Numbered from the stretch's first letter, positions 13,201 through 24,560 are shown. The stretch is DNA of 34,496 nt from Nemertoderma westbladi (GCA_032718475.1 JAUCBJ010003958.1:1-34496); one strand, 5' to 3'. Made by a program: numbers and translations. Notes: a model not told the origin generated them from the letters alone.

Positions 13201-13295
13201 ATGGAATACTGTTCGCAACTACAGTATTGGAATAAAGTTCACAACTACAGAATCGGAATACTGTTCGCAACTACAGTATTGGAGATCGTAACTAC
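4273..13295. repeat. ~9 kb tandem satellite array, 26-bp monomer GTTCGCAACTACAG(T/A)ATTGGAATA(CT/AA), with 21-, 27- and 28-bp variants
   Basis: Directly visible head-to-tail repeats; all the 'MEYCSQLQ...' ORFs are artefacts of this repeat. Confidence 0.98.
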
Positions 13296-13304
13296 GTTAA
13301 GATC

Positions 13305-14296
13305 GTTAAGCAGTCAGTATTCAGGTTTACCAGATTACTATTAGGCCTAGCCAACTTCCTGCTGCCTGTAGAGGTGGATTTGGTAACTCGCTAGGTCTAA
13401 AGGACAAGGACTGCCCTTAGCGGTCCCTGGCCAACAGCAGTTATTACGAGCCTGAAAAGGACATCGGAAAGTCTGCTGCTTGTGTCAGGGATTTGCGATG
13501 GGAAACGACGACAGACTCCTAGCCAAGCCGTACTGGTTCTCGATGATCGATCCCTTCGGGGTTCGGGAGGGGTGGTACGGACACGCGAAAGGGTCGACCG
13601 ACTAACAGAGGAAGGGTTTGACGAGGACTGCCCTTAGCGGTCCCTGGTCAACAGCAGTTATTACGAGCCTGAAAAGGACATCGGAAAGTCTGCTGCTTGT
13701 GCCAGGGATTTGCGACGGGAACCGACGACAGACCCCTTAGCCAAGCCGTACTGGTTCTCGATGATCGATCCCTTCGGGGTTCGGGAGGGGTGGGACGGAT
13801 ACGCAACGGGGTCGAAAGACAAAGGACTGGACTCTACTGGCCTACCGACTGTTCGGAGCAGTTTCTCGGCTGCCGAAGCGACTACGAGCCTGAATAAGGA
13901 CTCGGAAAGCCTAGGTGGTTGGGTCTCTGCGATGAACCGATGGACCCCTAGCCAAGCCGTACTGGTTCTCGATGATCAATCCCTTCGGGGTTCGGGAGGG
14001 GTGGGACAGACACGCGAATGGGTCCACCGACATGACAGACTCCTAGCCAAGCCGTACTGGTTCTCGATGACCGATCCCTTCGGGGTTCGGGAGGGGTGGT
14101 ACGGATACGCGACAGAGTCTACCGACTAGACCGACCCTTAGCCAAGCCGTACTGGTTCCTGATGACCGATCCCTTCGGGGTTCGGGAAGGGTGGTACGGA
14201 CACGCAACAGGGTCGACCGACACCGACACTACGGCACCAAGACTAGGACCGAGGGAAAATCGGGGAACATTAGTTAGGCTAAAATCTGAGCGAACA
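13305..14296 (+). repeat. 5' LTR, lacking its first ~207 bp (U3/TATA)
   Basis: Matches 25022-25135 plus 26858-27731 with roughly 20 differences counted by eye; ends in gcgaaCA. Confidence 0.9.
13341..14215 (+). ncRNA. Array of nine predicted RNA hairpins inside the LTR (order H0-A-B-A-B-A'-B-B-B)
   Basis: A/A' at 13414-13502, 13631-13719, 13851-13937 (cct-GAAA-agg cap; A' has a GAATA loop); B at 13514-13595, 13731-13813, 13941-14026, 14037-14120, 14132-14215 (ccc-TTCG-ggg cap); basal stems covary. Confidence 0.65.
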
Positions 14297-14300
14297 GTGG

Positions 14301-14896
14301 GTAATTAAATAATATACTGTAGGGATTTATATTGTCGTGTTATATTATTGTGAATAATTTGGTGTATATGATAAGTAGATAAGTTTAATAACATTAAAAA
14401 TAAAATTGCTATAAAACTAAATATAAAACTGCACCAGCATCCCACCACCAATCAGAACAATACAATTAAGACAATAAGGTTTAACATACAATTAAAAATG
14501 GTGCACCGTGAATTAATAATGGTCTGCGAGGTCATTCCCCCGCAGACCCGCACCATCCCCAAAGCCCAGCGCCCTCCAGGGACGCCGGCCACCATGCAAA
14601 CAGAGGGAGTTGGAGCGGAGGAGCGTGAACTGAAGCCGCCTCCGAACTCCCCCGAGAACGCAGGCTAGGCCACGATCCCGCATCCCCTGCCGCCGAGCCA
14701 CAAGGGTCTCAGCGAGGTGGCTGATGAAGGTATCAGTCTCCTTGCACCACACCCCATTGGTGGTTCCGACAAGGGGGGTGAAGGAGAACCTTCTATCCTC
14801 GCACACCGCGCTATAGTGCACCTTCTTGGCTCGGACTCTCTGCTCGAGGACAGAGTCCAAGGACCGGTGAGCGTATGAGGGGGCGTCGGCGTTTAC
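14301..14896 (-). mobile_element. 5'-truncated CRE-like non-LTR retrotransposon (restriction-like endonuclease C-terminus plus 3' UTR)
   Basis: DAPSY...KKVHYSAVCEDRRFSFTPLV...G...FISHLAETL...VRRRLQFTLLRSNSLCLHGGR resembles the CRE-clade C-terminus; AT-rich 3' UTR ends next to the LTR. Confidence 0.7.
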
Positions 14897-15542
14897 GAGA
14901 TGAGGGGGCGTTGGTGTATATTGGTTTGGGGAAGCCCAACTTATTCTCAATCAAGGTTCAACTGTAGGGAAGTTACATTAAAGAGTATATCCAACCAATG
15001 AAGCTTTTCCTCAACCGCAATCTTGCATTTAAGAATGTATTCCTTCTCCACAATCAATATCCGGTGACTGGCCGGGATTCCGTGGTCTGAAAAGTTCCAC
15101 CTCCAGCATCGGCGTTTTCCTCCATGGTGTCAGGAATAACGGCAACAAAATTGAGAATAAGACGCGGCCAACTTCAACTGGTGGAAGTTGGGAATCCTAC
15201 AATACTCTTCAAACTCTCTCCGTGCTTACCCAACACCCACTACGAGGAAACTCTGGTATTTGAGTTAAGACAAAGCCGTGGTTTAATCAATCGACAAACT
15301 CGATCTAATAAACTCGTAGTCGGCAGATCACATATAGAGAGTCGTTAACCGGGAATGGAAGTATCGATCACACCCATTGACATAATTCAAGTTGAGCCAG
15401 GAATCTGGCACGTCGAGGTTGAAGTACAAGGAACGAACGTCGGATGATTCAGGATTACCGTTCGGGTAGTCCAAGCCGAGTACGAGAGCTACGAAGAACT
15501 ATTCTACGATATCGCATATCTAGCGATTAACAAGGCGGTAGA

Positions 15543-18500
15543 ATGACGACGAACAACGTCTCCGACACCGATGAGATGGACACCCACACAGACTCGGAAG
15601 CCGACGAGGTACCAAACGTCAAGAACATGACCCGTCGACTAGGCGCTCTCAAAGGCGGAGTCACTCGAGCGTATCAGCGTATAGAGAAACAACTCAAGAG
15701 AGTCGAAACTCCCCTCAACAAGATACAAACTCAGCTTCAGAATATCCGAAGTATCTTATAACGATATGAGAGGATGATACAGGCGTATCAAGAACTCATT
15801 CCCGCCACCAATCAGGTAAACTACCCCAGATTAGAAGAACACGTTGTACATTTAGATGAGTACGAGCCTGAAAAGGACTCGGAAAGGGACGCTACCCCTC
15901 GATCCAACAACCCGTTTACATCTACACCACAAATCTGTAACCGCGTCATCATTAAAACTCCATCTATCACCGATCCATCGTGTATGGGAGAGAGTGCCCA
16001 TAACTATAACCCTCCTAGTCATTCCAGTTCAGACGACGTTGGCATTATCCGGGCATTGGAAAACCGACTGGCCATGCCCAAGATGGAGATCCGCACCTTT
16101 GAAGGAGACCCCGTCGATTACCTCAGATTCAAGAAATGGTTTTTCGCGCAGATTGGGTCAATGGACATAGCCGCCGCACAAAAACTAGTATATTTATCCC
16201 AATACCTGGGCGACAAACCACGCCGAATTATCGCATGCTTTGAGGGAGGAGCTCATGAGGCATACTATGACGCATGGAAAACTCTATATAAAAGATACGG
16301 AAATATCGGGACTATAATTAATAAAACTCTCGAGAAACTGATACCGGACACGGGATCCCTAGGGGACCCACAGAATATCCATGAATTCTCAGATTCCATG
16401 AAGGATGCCTACTACACTCTAAAACCATTAAATAAGGAGGAACAAGTAAACAACATTCTAAACCTCCGACAGATCGCCCGAAAGTTCCCCGGATGGCTGC
16501 AAAGTAAGTGGGCGTATAAATGCGTAGATCTCCGGTGCAGACACCCAGATCGAGATCCCAGTTTCCTCGAAATGTCGGCATTCCTGGACGATATCTCCGA
16601 AGCCATGAATGACTCGATGTGCTCGAAACAAAGTCTCGCCAAGTTAGACGGAATAGAGAGCAACTCCAGGAGTAAGACGCCCACTCAGAAACTGAGATTC
16701 CGTCCCCCTCCGGTGAGTACGATGGCCATCACCATGGCCGAGGATTCCGATGACGAAGACTACGAGGAACCGACATCAGCCGAGGAATGGGCGTGTTATC
16801 TTGCGAATTGGGCACCCGAAAGGGAACGCATCACAAACTCCCTTCTCTGTCTCTTCTGCGGAGAGAAACATAAAGTGGAATTCTACAGGAAGTTCCAGTT
16901 TGCCGAACTCGTCCCACGCTTCGAGGCGATAATGAAACACCGAGGATGCTTCCAGTGTCTTGGAACAGGTCACTATGTTCGGGATTGCGACCAAAGATCT
17001 CCAAGATCTGTAATGACCTACGTCATCACACACTCCTCCACATCCCCGCGAACTTTGACTTCACCACCCTCCCCTTTCGGATTGAAGCCAAACGAAGAGG
17101 AGAAACAAACCACGTTTCTAAAGGAAACCGGACGATTCAACGGAGGGAAACCAATCCGTTTTAGACCTCCACCGATGCATCACAAGTGACAAATATATTG
17201 GCCACGATCAACCTTATAAATCGCCGTTACATGGTCTTCGCCAAAGTAATCCCAGTTAGAATTCAAGGGGTCGGGAAATGATAACGGGTCGGACGGAACC
17301 ATCATCGACCGGGATTTCCTCGAACAACTCGGCCTAGACTATGAACCTTGCAAACGGCCCATACAAACTATCACCGACCATAGAGAAGTAGAATCCGGGG
17401 AGGTGCAGCTCCAGATGGAAAGAGTAATGAAGGGCTACGAGACAGTTAAGCTGACAATCAAGAACGCCTTGGAACACACAGATCTCCGAGTGCGGTTCCG
17501 ACAATCAGCCGAATACACCCCTCTCTTACAGTTAGACCGAGAAGATGTAGACCTAAGGTGCCCGCCGTTGGATGTAAACCGCATCACCCTATTGATCGGA
17601 CTTGACACACCGGAATTACACATACCCACCGGAGACGTCGCCCGATCTATAAAGCAGGTTGACGGCTTTTACGCTGAACGAACAATCATGGGATGGACAC
17701 TCTGCAGCATTAAGGAAGAGACTACAGACACCTATACATACCTTCCTAAATGTCAGATTAAAGAGAATGCAACCTCCGTGGGTTATTGTTCAGCTACAGA
17801 CCTTGACGAAGATTTGTTCCTTGAGACCGAGAAAACCCAGCAGGAGATGACTAAATACTTTAATCTAGAGACCCACGAGTTCGCTGAAAAGGACGAAAAC
17901 CCGTCCGAGGAGGATCAATATTGTATTGACGTCCTTGATCAGGCCACGTTCAAAGATGGACACTGGTGTTCACCCATGCTATGGAAAGACCCAAATAAAC
18001 CAATGGCGAATAACGCCAACATGGCCCTTAGGCGACTTAAAGGGATCCTACGCCGGCTGAATGACCAACCCGATATAAAGGAGAAATATAATAATGTAAT
18101 CAAAGGATATCTCGAAGATGGATTAGCAGAAATGGTACCCCGGAATGAACTGCAAGGGGGTAAAAGAACATATTATCTCCCAACCCACTATGTGGTAGAA
18201 GCCCGGAAGGGTGGTAAAATCCGAGTAGTCAATGATGCCGCCGCTATGTATCAAGGCGAATCCCTGAACAGCCAGCTTTATACAGGGCCCAACATATACA
18301 GTACACTCATTGGCGTGTTGATCAGGTTCAAGGAAAACCGGATAGCATTCACCTGCGACATCAAAGCGATGTTTCACCAGGTCCGTACGTTACCAAGAGA
18401 CTCAGACTGTCTGCGTATATTATGGACGGATAAAACATTAACTCCACAGGAGATTAGTCAACATTGAAGGATGTAGACGTAATTCGCATGATCGTCAGGA

Positions 18501-21319
18501 TCTTCGGCGCTAAGGACTCGCCGGTAGCATGTAGTGATATGCTGAAGAAAACGGCAACTATGTGCGAAAACGAGTTCCCTCCAACCGTCATAGAAACCAT
18601 CCGACGATGCTTCTACGTGGACGACGGATGCGCCGGCGCGGATAATGTTGACGAGGCATATCAGCTAGCGATGGGGATGGTGGAATGTCTAAAGAAAGGA
18701 GGTTTTCCTCTCGTGAAGTTCAGATCCCACGACAAAAAACTTATGGAAAGGTTTCCGGAGGAAATCCGACTGGACAATAATAAAATGTATTCCGAGGATG
18801 TGGAACACCGTGTACTCGGCATTGAATGGGACATAGAATCAGATGAATTCATTTTCAAATATAACCCCCTACCCAAGCCTATGACGAAAAGGGGATGTTT
18901 GTCAATAAAAAGTGCAATATTCGACCCACTAAATTTCATATCTCCGGTAACCTTGGCCGGAATGAATCTGATTAAGGAAATGTAGATAGAAGGACTGGGA
19001 TGGGATGAAGAACTCCCCCCACACCTCAGTGTCAAATGGAGAAAGTGGATGGAACAGCTCGAACACCTACATCTTATGCGGACCCCTCGACCGTTCTTCC
19101 TCGATAAACTACCCACCGATATCTTCCAGCTCCATACCTTCTCGGATGCTTCGAATACCGGAATCGGCGTAGTCACTTTCTTAAGAAGACTAAGTAACGA
19201 TGGAAACGGCGATACGAGCTTCTTATTTTCTAAAGCTAAGACAGTATCCGGGGAATTCATAGCAACGATTCCGAGACTTGAGCTACAGGCCGCAGTTTGG
19301 GCAGTGAGACAGAACCGCATGGTCATGCGGAACATACGAATCCCCATCGAATCTCAACACTTCTGGGTCGATTCGAGTATCGTTCTCTACAATCTCCACT
19401 CTCCATCACGGCGTCACACCACGTTTGTAGCGAACCGAGCCACGTAGATAAAACAGTGCACCGGCCGAGAACAGTGGCACCACGTGAACGGGAAAGAAAA
19501 TCCAGCGGACTTATCAAGCCGAGGTGCCACCCCAAAACAACTCGGTAAAAGTAAACTCTGGCTTACAGGCCCGGAATTCCTGCAGCAGCCACAATTAACC
19601 TGGAGTACCCGATTTGTTCCCGAACTCGATAGCGGAAAATACTCCGAAGATGACAAGGAGATCCGTAAAGTCCATAGAAGCAATGCAGTGGAAATCTATA
19701 GTTGTCTGACCGAGCCTGCAAAGGACTCGGGCAGGCACTATAACGTCGCGACGATCTCTCAACCAGCGGCGTCTTTACACCTATTGATTGAGCAAACTTC
19801 ATCAATGAGACGGCTCATCCACCACGTTATAACCCTTCGCAACTTCCTACGGTGGAAAGACAACAAACCGATAATTCAACGAAGTATACAAGAACTCATT
19901 ATCGCGGAGAATTGTATCATTGGATATGTCCAGAGAGAAAGTTTCCCCGATGAGTGGGAACAACTCAGTGCGGGCAAGACCTTGAAACCGGACAGCTCAG
20001 TCTACCAACTGAGACCAATGATGGGAGAGGACGGACTGATTCGACTGAATACCCGGATGGCAAACGCCCCGGTTGAATACGAGGTCAAATACCCAGCGCT
20101 CCTGCCCGGAACGTCGACACTAGCCAAGCTATTAATCCAACAGTGTCACGAGGAAAACCATCACGCAGGACAGAACTGGATTATAGCTAATATACGACAA
20201 AGGTATTGGATCACCCACATCCAGCCACTGATCCGGAAAGTGTTAAAACGTTGTTTTCCTTGCAGAAGATATCTAGCACCACCACTCACACAAAAGATGG
20301 CCGACTTACCAGCCACACGTCTACAGTCCGATTTCCCACCGTTCTATGTAACCGGAGTAGACTGTTTCGGACCATTCACGGTCATCGAGCGACGATCCAA
20401 CATCAAATGCTGGGGAGCCATCTTTACCTGCCTTAGGTCTAGGGCAATCTACCTAGACATCGTGGTGAACCTTACGCAACACGCATTCATCAACGCCCTG
20501 CGTCGGTTCGTGGCGAATAATGGGACATGTCGTCATATGTATTCCGATAATGGTACAAACTTTGTGGGAGGAGAAAGAGAACTTAGAGAGGCGATCGAGG
20601 GATGGTTTACCGAGGACACCGCATCCCAAGTCTGGAGGGACCACCATATACAGTGGCACTTCCAAACACCCTTAGCACCCCATACGAGCGGGGTATGGGA
20701 AAAGCTCATCGACTTAGTAAAACGATCCATGCGCGTCGCATTAGGAGACACCCGGGTAACCCATGACACCATCCGCACAACGTTCTGCGAGATCACGGCT
20801 ACCCTGAACAACCGGCCCATCGTCCCTATCCGCGACGACCCCACAGATTTGGAGCCCCTCACTCCTAACCACCTACTGGGAAGACCCAAAACCCATATTC
20901 TTCCAGAGACAATGTTTCCGGATCCCAACGATATCGCGAGACATACCAATTGGAAGAAGGCCCAAGCGTTGGCAGCGCATTGGTGGAGAATCTGGGCCCA
21001 GGAGTACCTCATAACCCTCCGGACCAGGAGGAAGTGGAACAACACCTACAGGAATGTCGCAGTTGGCGACATGGTGCTAGTGAAAGAAGATCTCAAAGAC
21101 CGCGTCCACTGGCCTGTGGCGCGAGTCGTGACAATACACCCGAGCAAAGACGGACTTGCGAGGACTGTGACGATACGAACGGCAAAGGGCCACTACCAAC
21201 GCCCTATCCAGAGGCTGTGCCTTCTTGAAAGCAATGACAGTGGTGACTCCACGAGAGGTGATAAGTTCCCTACTCAGGATCCTGCTGCAGACATTGGTGA
21301 CAATGCTAAACCCTTTTAA
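15543..21319 (+). pseudogene. BEL/Pao gag-pol polyprotein, disrupted
   Basis: In-frame stop at 15759; frameshift near 16995 (third knuckle CNDLRHHTLLH is in another frame); protease DNGSDGTII near 17280; frameshift near 18450; in-frame TAG at 18983 and 19445; integrase HHCC/DDE region intact in 19484-21319. Confidence 0.93.
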
Positions 21320-21596
21320 GACCTTCTCATCCTGTTGACAAACTCTTTAAAATGTGATTTATCGACAATGAAAATGGACCCCCTTAAACCAACTGTAACC
21401 ACGCAATGGTATTTGTGTTTCCTCGTGTGTTATGTGGAGTCCAGCGTCACCCTGCAGATGTTTCGACTGATGCAGGGTCGTTTATGTATTGTTTACCCTG
21501 ATTTTGGTCATCGGGACCAACGACATTGGATTATTGGAAATGGTAAAGATTTGAAGTGGAATTCATTGTATCCATTGTAGTATGTTATGTTGTCCA

Positions 21597-22005
21597 TTGC
21601 GTGCGCAGTTCGGGGCGTAGGCGGTGTAACTAGTCCAGCTATAGATCCCGGATTGCCGCGCAACACCCCCTCTATCCCGTTATTCTGGTGGGTCCATGGT
21701 GCATCCACATGACTTCGATGATAGAGGTTTTATGTTCTCAGTCGCGTTATTCTGGTGGGACCGTTGCGTGGATTTTGGGGCGTAGGCGGTGTAACTAGTC
21801 CAGCTGTAGATCCCAGAATGTTGCGTAACCCCATCCCACATGACTTCGTCGACTGAGCTTTATGTTGTTGGGAGTGTTATTCTGGTGGGTCCCTGGTGCA
21901 TTCCACGTGACTTCACTTCCAGCGTCTTCATTGTCCGTTACGTGCGCAGTTTGGGGCGTAGGCGGTGTAACTAGCCCAGCTGTAGATCCCAGATTGCTGC
22001 GTAAC
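21597..22005 (+). ncRNA. Second array of repeated predicted RNA hairpins (types C and D, three copies each) between pol and the extra ORF
   Basis: C core ggggcgtaggcggtgtaactagYccagctRtagatccc x3; D core gttattctggtggg...ccacRtgacttc x3; flanking stems differ in sequence but remain complementary. Confidence 0.7.
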
Positions 22006-22547
22006 ACCCCTTCCACAACGAAAATTTCCCAAAGAAGATGATTGAATGTAGTTGGAAATGATAAAAAGAATCAGACAACCCTACTATAAACTGAATGATG
22101 ACGCGTATGATGATGAAAATGTAATGATGCGCACCCTGGTGCTGCGCTTATAACAAATGATGATAGCCGGGGGGCTATAACCCCAATGATGATGTGGAAA
22201 TAAATGTGAAATAAATGAAATGGTGGAAATAAATGATGAAATGTGTTGAAATAAATGAAATGTGATGAAATAATAATGAGAAATGAAAAAAGAAAAAAAA
22301 AATGTATAAAATGTCTAAAGAAAAGAATTGGAAAAAAGAAGAGGACATAAAAAGTCAAAACTGGTTGGATATTAATGTAACTGTAAATGCTGAATGTATT
22401 AGCAATAAGATGGTAGATGCCTATATAGCAATGTTATTTAATAAACTGAATTACAAATAAACTGAACTATTCTGCAGTCACTATAGTATCAGACTTTCTG
22501 GATTTATAATTAACTGATATAAATTTGCAACAGACATAATTTTAAAT

Positions 22548-24560
22548 ATGGACCCAAATCGCCAAATTATCGGCGAATTACGTAATACGATAGATCTACT
22601 GGAATATCCACAACCTGGATCCCCTAACTTTGATACAAATTGGAGCACCCTGATAAATGAGAATGTGCGAGTCGTCAAATTCTCCGGGCCCTCCGGTTGG
22701 CCGATGCTAGTACGAGACTGAAAAGAACTCGGAACGCAAAGGCTACCGGAGGGGATGAGTTGTCGTACTGGGATACGTTCCGGCAAAGCGTCTACAAATC
22801 CCGATGTTTGATATACGACAACGAGGGAAACGCGACGCCCACCTCGAAAGCGATGACGTTGGCGCGATGTCAAAGTTTCGTCGACGACAAGAGTACGTAC
22901 CTCGCCCACTGGGGAAACCCAGCGGAGTGTACGGCAACGCTACGAGAGGAATGTATATCCATTATCCAGAATCGCGACGACTACCAGGAGAAGTACGGGA
23001 CGAAAGAATACGGTCGATCCTTGGTCGTCGTCCTCGGAACCCGGGACGGTTTGGTATTGGTGTGTCGAATATTTCCGACACCCAGACAGGAGGTACGGAC
23101 AGCCGGAGCGATCTGGCTACTACCTCCGGAGATCCAAAAGATCCTCTTCGACTTCGACGTCATTAAAATCGGGTCGGATATAAAAGCGGACGTCCGAAAC
23201 GACTACGCGAATGCTCCTTTCGGAAGAGACCGTAAAGAAGATCTCAATGCCATTAGTCATTGCGTCGACACCCAGACTCTATTAGCCTGGCTACGATCCG
23301 CCGAATTCATGCGAGGATTTCGAGAGGTGAGACAGATGAAATCCGGTATCGGCTACCTCGCAGTACTAAACGGCGGCGTCGACTTTAAACCTCAGAAATT
23401 CCAGGACTATAATAAGATATATGGTGGATACCCGGGATTGGAAATAAAGAGCGAGCGAGAGGGTCGATGGAAGGACGTTGAAAGGAAGTGGACGATACAC
23501 CAAAGGTGGGAAAATCCGGACCGACGGAACTACATCTACGTCATTATGGAGTCCTACACCGTCGCTAAGTTCATATGTAAAACTCTCGATAACCTCATTA
23601 CGGCGGTTCCTCGTTCCTTTATCGACTATGACTGGAATGAAGTTATCAGCCACGCCTTCAAAGCGGTCAAGAATATTACACCGGGAGAGACAAAAACGCT
23701 CACCGTTATCGATTCCTGGGATGAGAACGGACCTTTCGACATCCCTACGATTACCGATCTCCTCGGTGCGGAGGAGCCTCTGATTTCCTCGGAAGGGGAA
23801 GAACTATGGCTACAGGAAGGCGTTCTACTATCCACCCCAAAGCGACAACTCGAGCCAGAAGCCACGTACGAACCGGCCGCCAAACGGGTCGCCTCGGCCG
23901 AACCGGCGACGGAAGCAGGCGCTTCCACCCCACTCGGCTCCGGTAGCCCTGCGAGGGAGTTAGTCACTACCTCCGCGTTGAGCGACTTCGGCGACATATG
24001 CCAGAGGTTATCCCCATATCCTTTCCCGGGTGGCGAAGACTGGTCTTCGGAGATTCCGAGTACCAGCACTCAACGGACCGGCTCAGCGATACTGGTCGAG
24101 AAGGGTCCCAGAAGATCTCCTCGGAATCCCTCCGTCGAAAACCCCAGCACCTCTTCGCCAACCAGCGGTGGCAACTACCCCCTCCGTTCCGCAGGATCCT
24201 ATGCGACTAACCCGATGGTACGCCGAGCAGACCGAATGGATCCACCGCCAGAAACGGTCGTCCGAGATGAGACCGGCAGGACATAAAGAAGGTTATCGGA
24301 GCGAGAACCTACTACGCCAAAGCCCAGCCTTTCGCGGGCTACCGGCCACAGCAAATATTCAAAAGAGCGACCGACGACTCGAGTATTACGTCGGCGTCCC
24401 GATTCCGATATTCTTCGGTCGAGAGATGCAGTTAGAGATATGCGCAGACTGCGGTTCGGAGCAGTGCCCACGCGGTAGAAGAAATCGAGTAACCGATTCG
24501 TGCCTACAGCTCCTCAAGCTCCAGGAGACAAGCCGAAACGTTGCTCACGATGGACGTTGA
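22548..24560 (+). pseudogene. Accessory ORF in the env position: DEDDy/DnaQ-like 3'-5' exonuclease domain, Ser/Pro-rich linker and Cys cluster; probably two frameshifts
   Basis: ATG 22548 frame overlaps the 529-aa frame at 22661-22719. Motifs: LIYDNEG (ExoI D-x-E), LPPEIQKILFDFDVIKIGSDIKAD (ExoII, WRN/EXD-like), CVDTQTL, SGIGYLA...GVDFKP, W...YIYVIMESY (ExoIII Y-x3-D/E). CADC...C...C lies in frame 24030-24560. Confidence 0.65.

Noticed and set aside
4273-13295. CRISPR-like array, or dozens of repetitive 'MEYCSQLQ' ORFs
   Set aside because: Head-to-tail monomers with no unique spacers, no cas genes and a eukaryotic context; the ORFs start at TTG and merely reflect the repeat.
13414-14215. LTR repeats as CRISPR, hammerheads (ctgaaaag...gaaa) or coding ORFs (13710-14129, 27145-27576)
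   Set aside because: No unique spacers; the core lacks CUGANGA and the three-stem geometry; the ORFs are non-ATG translations of the repeats.
21597-22005. Twister or HDV-like ribozyme assignment
   Set aside because: Could not place the conserved catalytic residues or pseudoknots of either class by eye.
22697-24286. env glycoprotein
   Set aside because: No signal peptide, furin site/fusion peptide or transmembrane anchor visible; motifs fit a DEDDy exonuclease better.
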